A DNA stretch of 64,000 bases from the human T2T-CHM13v2.0 reference genome, Homo sapiens, in the NCBI RefSeq assembly GCF_009914755.1, contig NC_060928.1; one strand, given 5' to 3'. The notes beneath the pieces are model-generated. The model made no database searches. It saw only the letters and a program-made list of their open reading frames with translations, and was not told the DNA's origin. A program made the translations under genes and the position numbers. This document shows, piece by piece, positions 1 to 12,369 of this stretch (its first letter is position 1; each line of letters starts with the position of its first letter).

Positions 1-1479
1 AGGCTAAGATTGGAGCCTTAGAGAAATTTACAAATCACTCTCCTGTGGTTTATTGCTAGAGCATGACATTTTTTTCTGTCCATATATTGGAAAAAATTTA
101 GTTGGGAATTAAATGAAAATAACATGGGTGGGAGAAGTGTATCTCACTTATTTTCACAGGAAAGCGGAGAGAAAGATAACAGGAAAAGGATATGTTGTTT
201 TTTAAAGCCATGGAAAGAAAAGTAGAAAACAAGTGTGTGAGAAGCCAAAGAGAAGAACTCTATGTTAAAGAGAACTTCAAAAAGCCCTAGAGAGCATAGA
301 AACTCAGGCTATCGGATGTGATCAATTTTTATCAGAGCATACTCAAAAGTTATTCATTAGTTTCTAAACCTTCATATATATTTAGACTGTGATTTTCTTG
401 GAGATTTCACTCTATTAACAACATTAACTGGACTAAGAAGAACAAATGAACTGAAGAATTTATATTCTCCATCTAGACGATGAAGAAAAAGAAAAGTGAC
501 GATTCTTCTCTGAAGTAGCCTCTTGTACTCAGCTTTTCTCTCACAAAAGTATTATTTCTATCTGTTGACCCTGAAGATGCAGTTAAAAATGTTTTCTTTT
601 CAATCAAAAGGCTTCTTCTAGGGCAATTGTGTGTGTGTATGGTATGACTTGTCTTTTTCTTAAAGCACATCATAGCTGTTTAAAAGTTGTGTTTGTGTGC
701 ATGTGTATGTGTGTGTATTTGGCTTTCTCAATTTGCTTTCGGAAAATGTAAACTAGAAGGAAATATTTTTTAAAAAGCAGTTACCAAAAAACTTTAACAG
801 AAAGGAAAAGTAGGAAAAGAGTGGGACAGAAAGAAAAAAAATGGTAGACGATGAACTGTACTAAGGCACAAATAGCTTGGTGAGGATCTGTTTTAATTTG
901 AATTAAAAATGTACTTGGCTTATTTATTCTTTATGATGTAATAACAACACATTTTAAATCCAAGGCACCAAAGAGATGAAAATTAATCAGTCCAAGCTCT
1001 TGTTCATCCTAAAATAAATAATGATAAAACTTTACTGGAAAATCTAATGATTACAAAGTACTTGGGAATCAATATTGAAAATAAGTTGAGATCCAAAACA
1101 GTTCCTTATTATGAAACTCAGTTTACTTGTTAGTACATTTCATTCTAAATTTAGACTCAACCATGAGTAACTTTGATCATAATGTAGATCAGAGTTATGT
1201 TTAGTTCTTGTCCTCATTGTACATAATCCGAGCAGCATTTGACCAGGTTGAACATGCAACTAGGTTTCTGCGATACCTCAAACAAATTGGCAGTATCTTC
1301 CTTCTTAGGCTCTATCTTCTTGATCTCCTTTACTAGTTTTACCTCTTGAATAAATATAATACCAAGTGGTCCAGAACTTGATACAAGTTTTTTTTTGTAA
1401 TCCCTTACTTGTATTCTTCCCTTGAGAAAACTCATCTGTTTCTATTATTCATAATATCATCAATGCCCTGATAAATATG

Positions 1480-2720
1480 AAATTTGTGCCTCTAGTCCAG
1501 CTGTCTCCTTTGAGTTCTATACTGGTATATCCAGCTGCCAATATGCCATTTCTACTTGGCGACATATTGAACACTTTTAATGTAACATGGCTAAAACATC
1601 ACCTTGTATTTTTCCTTCCAAATTCATTGTCCAAAGACTTCCCTAGGAAATGGTACCACTATCTCTGCAATTATACAGAACAAAAGCCCGCAGCTTTCTT
1701 GATTCTTCCCTTTTTTTCACATCCCTAACCTTCCCACATGGAAGGTCTGTCGCTCTTCTTCTGTAATGTAACCCAAATTTCACTCCTAGAATCCCAACCA
1801 TCTTTCCTTTCTCCTGATATAAAACAATCGACTTGTAACTGCTCTAACAGCCCTCATAATCATCAGCCTCCACATCCCAAACTTTATTCTTCATACAGAA
1901 GTCAGAGTGAATCAAATCACATCACACCCAAATTTTATTTTAAAAGTTTTAAGTAAATAACTTACTTATTATGTAAGTTACAATTGTGTTACTTACTTAT
2001 ATGTAAGTAACAAACTGAGTTTCATAATAAGTGATAAGTAAAAATACTACAAATAATAGTAAAGAAAAAACACTATTCTTTTATTTATTTGATTTTTAAT
2101 TGAAAAATAATAATTTTTTATACTTACAGGGTACAATGTGTCATTTTGACCTATGTATAGGTGGATTAAATCAAGCTAATTAGCATATTCATCACCTCAC
2201 CAACGTCTTATTTAAAAAAACACTATTCTTTACTTGGTCTATAATGTCTTAAAAGTCTAGCTATATCTTTAACATCATCTGCCTCTGTTCTACCTTTATT
2301 TATAATCACTCCATTTATGTTAAAATTTTTGATTTCTTGAACACTTCAAGCTTATTTTTATTTTTGGTATTTGTATTTTAGTATTGCATTTAGTATTTTT
2401 CTGATCTCTACATTTCCTCCTCCTTTTTATCATTCATATCTCAACTCAAATATCATTCCTTAGAAAATTTTCACAAACCACCTTTAATAAAGGATGTCAC
2501 TTTCAATACTCTATTCCACATTACACTGTTTCATCTTCTAGATACCTTTTACCATTATCTGATATTACACCATTTCTTGTTTACCCGTTAGCTTTTTTGT
2601 CTTGTACTGTTGAACATAAGTTCCTTGAGAACAAGCGCCTGGCCTTGTTCATAGCTACTTTCCAGTGTCTAGGACAGTGTTTGTCACATAATAGGTTCTC
2701 AATAAATATCTGTTGATGGA
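1480..2720 (+). mobile_element. Ancient L2 LINE relic (3' portion), interrupted by a short L1 insertion
   Basis: L2-like ORF2 3' sequence at ~1530-1620 and an L2 terminal motif 'ataggttctcaataaatatctgttgatggat' at ~2691-2721; boundaries approximate. Confidence 0.6.
2082..2214 (-). mobile_element. 5'-truncated L1MA-type 3' end
   Basis: T-rich tail followed by 'gggtacaatgtg...attaaatcaagctaattagcatattcatcacctcac'; flanked by a perfect 17-bp TSD aaaaaacactattcttt (2065-2081 / 2215-2231). Confidence 0.8.
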
Positions 2721-3639
2721 TTTATTCCAGAAAAAATTTACCATATTTTAAAGTGTGGAACTAAAACAGAAATAGAAACACAGATACTGCTCATGTTTTT
2801 ATTGGCATTGCATTCAAGTCTCAATTTGCTTAGGGAAAAAAAAAAAGTCAATTCTAATGTTGTCTTCTATTCTTCTTATCTATTCCAAACAAACTTAGAA
2901 TTGTTTCTGTAGTCATTCAAGTTTTCTTAGTTATTTACATTAATCTTTCTTGGGCTTTTATGTGTGGAAGTCTGGTACACTGTGCATTGGTATTTTATTC
3001 TTATAAATGTAAACTGATTTTTACTGCACTATTTATCTATCTGGCTAATAGGAATATTATTGTTTCTCATAAAGGAGAAAAGGAGTGAAGCTTACGTTAC
3101 AGGGGCAGTATTGATTAGCTCCTTTGTTTTTGTTAGTTTTGGTTTTGGAGAATCAAATGACATAATATAGGTAGAGTGGTTTTATAAACTGTAAAGGGTT
3201 ATACGAATGGTAGTTTATATAATAACAATGAACTATAAATGATTGTTTTCCTTATATTGGTGCTGTCTATAAGTGATATTTTCATTATTTCTTTAAAAAT
3301 ATTATTCCTTATTTTGACGGTTTGCATGTACAGCATAAAATCTGTGCCTCGTTTTGACAGTATACATGCCATATATTATATTGGAGATAACGGTGGTGGA
3401 GAATTTAAAAAGTTTCCCAATTCTAATCTGTGCTCATTCAGCTATCTCAGCATGGCAAGTATTTGCGTTCTCTTCTACACCTTCTCAAGTGGCAACTCCT
3501 CTGTGAAGCCTTCCCCAAATCTGCTTTTCCATTGTACATATACGTGCTACTCTTTACTTTGTTTCAACTGCACTTAGATGATAGAACATAATGATTGTTC
3601 CCATAGAAACTTAAAACAATATAGTCAACCATTTCATAG

Positions 3640-3850
3640 TACCTATCGCATGTCATACCCAATGTCTACACATTTTACATGATTTATCTTCATATCATCT
3701 TCACAAAAATCATATAAGGTAGATATTCTTTGTTTTTCATTTTACAAATGAGGAGATTAAAGCAGAATAAAATATGATTTGCCCCGTGTCCCACCTCTAG
3801 TAAGTAGCAGAAGCAGGGTGTGAGTTTGTTTTCTTTCCCTGCCTAGCTCC
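3640..3850 (-). mobile_element. MIR SINE
   Basis: Reverse-complement MIR core 'cattttacaaatgaggaga...tgatttgccc...ctagtaagtagcagaagcaggg'. Confidence 0.7.
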
Positions 3851-3961
3851 TCTCTATAATTCAACAGAGTAATGAAACTTCATAAATACAAAAGCCAGGT
3901 CACATTAATAGAAGCCTAATATTCAGAATGGTGGCACTGATAACAGTCCAATCTGTGCAGC

Positions 3962-4070
3962 TCATTCATTCATTAATTCTTTCAAGAAATGTTTATGAGA
4001 ATATACCAAGTGCTAGGCATTGTGCTTGACACCCATGACACAGAGATGAGGTAGCATAAGTCATTGACTT
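3962..4070 (-). mobile_element. L2 3' end
   Basis: 'cattcattcatt...aaatgtttatgag...ccaagtgctaggcattgtgct' is the antisense L2 terminus. Confidence 0.65.
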
Positions 4071-4139
4071 TGTTAATTTGTTCATGAAAAAAGGTATGGG
4101 AAGAAGCACTTGGAGTGAAGAAGAATCAGATCATTTCTA

Positions 4140-4600
4140 AAATGTGATGTATTTTGGCTCTATTTGAGGACTGTATCTTGAGAGAAAACTAATGCACTGG
4201 CACATAATAAATGAGGAAAAGCCACAATATAAAGAAAATTCAGAACCAATGCATAGAAAAAATGAATGAAATAAGAGAGTCTACTTAGATATTTAGCCTG
4301 GAAAAGAAAGAAGACTGAAATATTCTCATATCTAGGTAGTTTTGGAAAGCCGAACTAGTTCTACAGGGAGAAAGACATGCAGTAACAGAATTGGGATCAG
4401 AATGAAGAACAAATTTTTAATAAAGTCATTCTACATTGCAATAAGCTACTTATGTTAAATTCCCTGTCATTGGAGTGGTTAAACCTAAAATGAACAACTT
4501 ATTATTCAGAGAATTGTAGAAAGTCTTTCTATATCAGATTAGAAAGCTCAACTCCACTAGGTGACTTCTTCAGTCTATTCTGAACCAAAATCTATTCTGC
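4140..4600 (+). mobile_element. L3/CR1 LINE relic
   Basis: 'tatttagcctggaaaagaaagaagactga', 'tccctgtcattggagtggtt' and a degenerate CR1-type terminus near 4560-4600. Confidence 0.5.
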
Positions 4601-6529
4601 TGTAAATAGATGGAGAACAACAGGATAGACTGTCAGAAACTGTGTAAGATCTAGGATTCACTGTTTCATGGATGCTATCAGAAAAAAAAATAAAAAAACC
4701 TGAATGAGAGACAAAACACTTCATTGCTCATGGCAAAAGCAGTAGCCAGATCTTTATGCTTATTTGCATAAATTCCCTATGTCCAAGTCCCAAGGTGGTG
4801 ACATCAAGAATCCATGACAGCTGCTTTCATTGAAAGGGTAGAATGCTGAGTTTGGGGTCATCACCACTTTCATGGTAATTGAAAGTAAACCTACTCTTTG
4901 CCCGATGGAGACAGTACCTCATCCCTCAAGGTTAAGGGTTGCAAACAAAACAAGGATGAGAGATGGCTCAGATGGTCAAGGCCTTGCATTCTGGGAATAC
5001 ACAGCAAGAATATGCAGGGACACTCAGGGCGTATGCTGGATTGCCTCTCTCAACACAGACTAAAAAGCCATTCAAAATTGAGATTCCTTGGGTATGCCAG
5101 AGCCTCTGATTACCAAAGAAAGCAGATAACAGGGAGGAAAGATACTTCAACGACACAGCTCCTATTTAAAAGAATCTCCAAACAGTGAGAGATAGATGAG
5201 ATAAAAACAGTTTGCTTCTAAACCTATTGAATCCAGATGGAAGTTACATATGTCATCAATCTTCTCGTTTGCATGCCAAAAGAACTAACCTATTTGGTGC
5301 AGGCTTATTTATAAGGTTTCTAATGGCACGAAGCACCCATTTTTCAAGTTCAGAATTGCCCAAATCAGCTCTTTCCTATGCAGGAATTTTCATTAGATTA
5401 AAAGAAAAAAAAAAGAAAAAGGGAAAAACTCAGACTCCTACTGCTTTCAAGAAGATAAAAATTTCTGTTCAAACATTAGTAGATGAATCAACATTGCCAC
5501 CTAGTGGAATAATTCATTTTTCCAGCAGCATAAAATTATATTTTCTACAGCTCTATCCACTTTTTCCTTGTGTTTTGTGAGCAAAGATGAGCTGTTTAAA
5601 CCCCCACTTCAATCAGTCTGTTTTAAACAATTAAACTTTCCTTTTGTTCCTTCTTAAAAATTTATTTTTATGCACAAATCGTATACAATTTAAATTGTGT
5701 AAATGGGAACAGTTTCTAAAATAGAACTTTAAGGGATGCTGGTCATAACTTGAAGTTTAAAAGCTTACAACTTTTTGCTGTTGTAAAAGCAAGAAAAACA
5801 AGGTTGTTACTTTTGTTACGTCAGAATTTAAAGTTGAATGTGTGCGTTTATATATCTATTTATATGTATAAATGTTTTTAATATTGATCACTCTAAAAAG
5901 TCACAGTGACTCTACTGTAATCATGAGTCACAAACAGATTTTTCAAGGACTTTCTGACTTTTTAAGGTTTTATTAATGACCTTTTACATTTAATTTTTTT
6001 AATTAAAGTACTTAATTATCGAAGCTGGAAATAAAGCAAGGCATTGGAAAAAATAACATTTTAGCAACCTTTTTAGAACAAAGAATTGGACAAAATTGTA
6101 GCCTTTTATTTTAAAAAGTATGGGAAATACGTTACATTCTAGTCAATGGGCATCTTGTGAAAAGCCACTACAGATACTACAGAAATAAAGAGCACTTCCA
6201 TAATTACATTTTCCAGCAGCTTTCATAATCTTGTTGGTATCACGGTCAAATTTTTCAGGTGAAATGGAAGAGAGAAAAATGAAACACTCAGAGAAATCAA
6301 AATGAATTTGAGTCTCTTTCCATTGACTCTAAAATCCCATTATTTTTCCCTTGAATAAAGCAGTATAGCCAAGTGATTATGATCATGAACTTTGCAATAA
6401 TGTTTGTAGAGTGGAATTATATAAAATGGTGTTCGGGTTTTTTTTCTGTAAATCAAAATAAGTCAAATATTGACAGTTTCATATGGCTCCACCTGTACAT
6501 TAAAATCTTAACTTTATATGTAACTATAA

Positions 6530-6700
6530 AATGTTCATTAGGAAAGTTGATTTACCTCAATAAGCCTTAGCCTCCTCATGTTTTCAATAGGAATAATAAT
6601 ACATATCCCAGTAGACGGTTATGAGAAATCAGTGGAGGAAGTCTCAGGCAGTGCTTAACAACTACCCAATCTTTAGTGAGCATTCAATGAATGACTGTTG
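6530..6700 (+). mobile_element. MIR SINE
   Basis: Degenerate MIR core and 3' end 'gtgagcattcaatgaatg'. Confidence 0.55.
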
Positions 6701-7289
6701 TCATTAATAGCTACTTTTCAAAATATACGTTTGGCTACTACAGACACATGCTTATTAGCTGACTGTCAACAATTAAAATATGTAAATGGTAAATTAGAAA
6801 ATCACTTTCTAACTGCCTCTTTGTGAGTTTCTTTCTGATTTTTAGAGTTTCTGTCTAAGCCTTCTTCATGTACTTACTCTTCTGTACTTCTTCATGTACT
6901 CACTCTTCATGTAACCACCCTTTTAAAATTTATTTTTCTAACCAATTAGAAGAGACACAATCAATTTCTTTCACTAGAACCCCTGAAGGATGAGTTGCCA
7001 CTCAGCGGTTGTTTCTGCTGATCTAGTCTTCTTTGACTTAGTCACGAACAAGAGGACAGATAGTGTTGAAACTTATGCCCCTCTTTAATGTGGAAGCATA
7101 TTCCACTACAATGTACTTCTCCTCTGTCCTGGTATCTCAGTTCTACTCTATATTTGTGAGCCCCAGTTAAAATAAAAACATAATTGCATTGGGTTCTAGT
7201 GTGTTATATATTTCCTTCTGATGTACTCATCATTTTCCCAGGATCTCTCTAAAGACAATGATTTTCTTAATCCACAAAGGAAGTGGTGC

Positions 7290-7512
7290 CATTTCATGAT
7301 TAAAGGCATAGTGTCTAAAGTTAGGTTGCCTAAGATAAAAGCTAGGCTTGAACAGGTCTTAGGTATATGATCAAAGGCAAGTTGCTTACCACCTTTAATT
7401 CCTTTATCTGTAAAATGGGAATAATGATGGCACTTGTCTAACAGAGTTGTGGTCAGAAACATAATGTACTTGCCTGGAGTAGAGTGAGTCCTCAAGAAAT
7501 GTTAGTTATTAC
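7290..7512 (+). mobile_element. MIR SINE
   Basis: 'ggcaagttgctta...tttatctgtaaaatgggataat...gcctgg...ctcaagaaatgttagttattact'. Confidence 0.7.
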
Positions 7513-8488
7513 TAATTCAGGAGTCTTGTTCTGAGAGTTTCAGGCATTCAGAAGTTCAGAGAGAAAGTAATTCAAAACTTTCCTTCTTTCATTCTAATGT
7601 TTGAGTTGTACTAACTACCTCGTGACGTGAAAACGTAAGGGTTGATATGGTTTCACTTTACATGAAATTTACAATTGGGATGTCAGCAAAATAGAGAATT
7701 AGGACTATTTTTGATGATCACAGATGTGTCCCAGGAACAAATGGACACAAAGGAAAAAGAGAGTGTCTGTCTGAGGAACTTCCTCACCATGAGGATGCTG
7801 AGATTCTTCAGGAGGCCCCCAGGCTTGTTCAGTGCCATGGACAAGAGAGCTTCCTTTGAGCCTAGTCCCAGGAAGAGTAATGCCGTGAGTGTTCACTGTG
7901 TGCCAGCCAGTTCGTGTTCTATTTTCATTCTTTTTTTTTCAGAATATTTCATAAGGTTGGCACATTTATAAGTAAATAAATTAATTTTCAGAAAGATTGA
8001 ATGACATGGCCAAGACCACCACAATCAAAAATTTTAGGTCAAGAATCTGAACTCAGGTCAACTTAGTTCCTAAGGCACACATGCCTGACCTTTTCTTGAG
8101 GGCTACGTGTGGTGGGAGGTACATTAGCTTGAGGTTAGTTATAAACAAATCTTGCAAATACCGGAATTGTGGCATCACTGGAGTGGAGAGCAGAGATGCC
8201 CCATATTATGAGTAAGAAGAACAATGGTTTATTAGGGGGGAAAAAAAGAAGGCTATAGAATTGAAAAATGTAGGATAGGCTACCACAAAAGCCAACAGGT
8301 CTGTATGAAGCCTGATGGGCCTGGGTGCAGGAAATATGGCCAAGCTTGCTCTAAATTTCTTATGTCTTGCCCTTTGCCAAGCTTTTTTGACCTTCATACC
8401 ATTCACCAGGGCAAAAAATGTGCCATTCAGATGTGCCAGCTTTGCATCACAAGATGCTCTCAGAATGCAATTCAACTTACTCATTTCT

Positions 8489-8833
8489 TTTTTTATTTTT
8501 AATTTTATTATTAGTATACTTTAAGTTTTAGGGTACATGTGCACAAGGTGTAGGTTTGTTACATATGTATACATGTGCCATGTTGGTGTGCTGCACCCAT
8601 TAACTTGTCATTTAGCATTAGGTATATCTCCTAATGCTATCCCTCCCCCCTCCCCCCACCCCACAACAGTCTCCGGTGTGTGATGTTCCACTTCCTGTGT
8701 CCATGTGTTCTCATTGTTCAATTCCCACCTATGAGTGAGAACATGTGGTGTTTGGTTTTTTGTCCTTGTGATAATTTGCTGAGAATGATGGTTTCCAGTT
8801 TTATCCACGTCCCTACAAAGGACATGAACTCAC
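8489..8833 (-). mobile_element. Young 5'-truncated L1PA (about PA3-PA5) 3' UTR inserted in a MIR
   Basis: Near-consensus 'atactttaagttttagggtacatgtgcac...cccacctatgagtgagaacatg...cctacaaaggacatgaactca'; perfect 17-bp TSD tcaacttactcatttct (8472-8488 / 8834-8850). Confidence 0.93.
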
Positions 8834-8965
8834 TCAACTTACTCATTTCTAAAAAGATGTAATAATACCTGCCTTACCAAATCCGGGCAAAATTCAGTGA
8901 GGTGGCATGTATGCAATGCCTATCCAACAGATTGATACATAACAGATGTTCGATACATGTTAGTT

Positions 8966-9184
8966 CAGTGTATTTCAGACTGCAGATTGTAAAATCAATT
9001 TCATGGTTCACAACCAGACACTGGAATGGAAAGGAATAGATCAGAGTGTATCGTAATTAATAAGAATGAGACTTGTTCATGAATCTTCTTTAAGATTCGT
9101 GTATGACATTTACATATGTGTGTTTGAATTACAATATAAAAATTAATCATCATGAGTCGCAATTAAAATGTTGCAAGCCCCTGC
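8966..9184. mobile_element. hAT-Charlie MITE, MER112-like
   Basis: 'cagtgtatttcagactgc...aaaatcaatttcatggttcacaaccag...atcagagtg...gagtcgc...aagcccctg' resembles the recalled MER112 consensus with CAG...CTG ends. Confidence 0.55.
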
Positions 9185-11916
9185 ACTGTCTCACCTTCTC
9201 CTTAACACATTTCCAACTAATATAACCCATAGCAAGGATTGACTAAGCCCCAAATCATTCATTCAGAAGTTTACAGGTTGGTCTTAACGTTTTCCATTAT
9301 TGTTTCATGTGTTAATTTCATTCCACCTAAAATACTTTGCAAGTGCTTTTATTACATAACATTTATATCCCACAATTATTATTATTTGTTCATATGCATT
9401 TACTCCCTCTACATTTTAAAGGGTGAGGACCTATCATGATTTCTTCACTCTTTTCTAAGATTGCTAAGAAGACAATGATTTGTTGCTATTGTTATTAATA
9501 AGAAAAACATCAGTTAAAAATCTATAATTTTCCTGAAGTAATGTGATAATATTTAGATGTTCTTGGTAGAGCTTTTAAACTTCCCTTAATTATATTAAAA
9601 TTACAAATCTTTTGAGGAAAAAAAATGCGAAGAAAAGAAATGGGCCTGGACTTTGAAGAAATGTGGTTTCCAGATAGGACTGCTATTCCTAAAAAGGTAA
9701 CCTCTTGAACGTCATTTACTGTTTCTGCTATAGTTGCCACCTTTTCAATGCAATTGTAAAAGTGCAGGATTTTTAAAGTCTCTTCCAAATTTAATGTTTT
9801 TGATTTTGTTGGAAATCATGTATGGCAGAAAAGCATATTCAGTGTGAATGACAGTAAACAAAAGACAGATCCAGAATTGAGACCCTTAACTCTACAGTTA
9901 TTTTTTAACCCTTCAATCTACATTATAATATAGTACAGATTATAAATTTTGAGTAAAGAACTAAAAGCATTCAAAACAACACTGCTTTGAGGAATAAAGG
10001 AACAATTCTGAGCACCAGTTTTAGTAAACCAGAAAAACAGGAAGAAGAAATAACAAGTGAATCTTGCTTGCTTATCAGCTTTTGGTTTCATCAGGCGGCT
10101 GAAGTGAATCTTTTTTGTAATTATAAACGATTATTATTTATGTAGTAATGCATTAGAATTATTGTCTTTAATGTGTTTTAACGATGCCCAGAAAATGGTT
10201 AGGAATAGATGTTCATTTGATATTCAAAAAAATCCCATAGTGTATAAGAGACTGTGCTTTCCATTGTAAAGATGAGAAAACCAAGGTTTATACAAAGATA
10301 TCTCAAAACTTTGTGTCTTTTATGGAATTGAAAATATAATGAAATATATGTGAGATGAATAAAAAGATATTAATTATGAATAAATGTCAGACAAATTGAG
10401 TATGAGCTCCAAAATCAGAAATGGAGTAGGGTTTAAAGCAAATTCTTAGATTATAAACTTCCATTGGAATTTTACAAACGTTCAATTCAGTTTTTTGTCC
10501 TTCTTGCTTTGTTTTGGATTTGTTTATTTACATCGGTATAGTATTAATGTGGTATTAATGAGGAAAGATTTATGGCAACTCTCTTTTAACAATAAAAAAA
10601 TCCTTATTAACTAGTCAGCATATAAATGAAACATAATGATCAGGAATTAGAGACAATTCCTAAATTTCTTATGTCTTCTCTCTAATTGGATCACCAGCAA
10701 GCAGCATTCACTTTTTAGTACTGTCTTTGAAATCCTTATCATTTCTATGTTTCTGGGATAAAAGCTGCTGTAGAAATTTAAAAATTGCACTAAGCAGTGT
10801 TGGTCTCATGAGTGATCTGACAGACCAAGCGTGCACTAGTGCCCTGTGTCTAACACCAAAGTGTGCAGGGGCTCATTGGCTTGCTGCCAAGATAAGATTA
10901 CTTAAAATCACCCCTGACTGGCTAAAGGTAGTACAGTCATTTGGAAAACAAACAGAGCAGTCTCTTTTAATTCAAAAGTATCTCCCATATTGCCTTGAGC
11001 ATTTAAAATTATGCAATTGCAAAACTACTATTGAGGTTTGCTTTTTTGCTTTTTAAGAGTGTGAATGTCTTTGTATTTCTTTGAAGACCTTAATAAATAG
11101 TGACTTCAGTTCATTGTCATAGTCAGTAGATTTTACATTTAACCTTCCAGTTTAGGATCTCTACAAGCCATTACATTGTAAAGCATCAATAGTATATTGA
11201 TTTCAAATTCAAATGTCATATAAAACATAGGTCCTCACCACCAGATAAGGGCTGCAATTATTTCTATGTTATTCCACACCAAATGAACAACTGACAACAA
11301 GAACCCATTAAGAACTAATAATCGACAAAATTTCTTGCTTTAAATCACAAGGTTAGAAAAATCTATTATATATTTAAAGTACTTTAAAATAGTCTAAGTC
11401 TATTTATTATGATCAATGTGGTCATGGAAGTATTCACATCATAGGGAATATTTTGTCCTGATTTATACATTTCAAGGGAAATGGAAATTATGTCATAAAG
11501 CCGTAATCATCTCACAGGCTTTTAAAAATTTGCTGAGACTTTCATACACAGATGCTAATCTGATTAATAATATTGACTTTTCATTTACCTGAATGGAAAT
11601 AAGACTGATGGAGTAAAGGCAAAGGATGAATAGAACAGGGATAAATCTCTGTGGTCTTTGAAATAGAGGGAAAATAGACAAAATAGGAAGAAAGCTGTGT
11701 TTCAACAGTATTAACGATTTCACTTCAATTTCACAGTCATGCCATGCGACAGCAAGTGGACTAGTTACTTGGAATCGATAATAACAGCAAAAGAGGCAAA
11801 ACAGGAAAACTTAAATAGCAAAGGTGAAAGCACTGTCAGCAATGTGAAGTGTGACTTCATCTTGGAGAAGAGTCAAAGCAAAGCAGATGACCAAATTTGT
11901 GATCATTTTCTATAAG

Positions 11917-12369
11917 AGTTATGAACTGAATTATATCTCCCCTAAAATATATATATTGAAGTCCTAAACCCCAATAACTCAGAATATGAGCTTATTAGGA
12001 CATACGATTGTTGCAAACACAATTCATTAAATGAAGATGAGATCATACTGTTGTAAGATGGGCTCCTAATCCAATATGATTAGTGTCCTTAGAAGAAGAA
12101 AAGCATGCTGGGAGAAGTCCATGTGAAGATGAAGGCAGAGATGAGGGTGACTGAGGAAAAAAAGGAATGCAAAGATTGCTCACAAACCACCAAAAGCTAG
12201 AACAGAGGCCCGGGACAGATCTTTCCCTAGCCCCATCAGAGGGAGCAACGCCCTGCTAACACCTTAATCTTGGCCTTCTAGCCTCCAAAATTATGAGAAA
12301 ATAACAATTTCTGATGTTTAAATGATTCTGTGTGTTGTATTGATACAGCTACCCTGGGAAACTGATACA
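11917..12369 (+). mobile_element. MLT1B-like MaLR solo LTR
   Basis: Starts 'gttatgaactgaat...gaagtcctaaacccc', contains 'ccatgtgaagatgaaggcagagat' and 'ctgctaacaccttaatcttggccttctagcctcc', ends 'ggaaactgataca'; 5-bp TSD ataag/ataat. Confidence 0.85.

Noticed and set aside
4762-4769. Octamer motif ATTTGCAT
   Set aside because: A single 8-mer is expected by chance in AT-rich 64 kb; no snRNA PSE or promoter context seen
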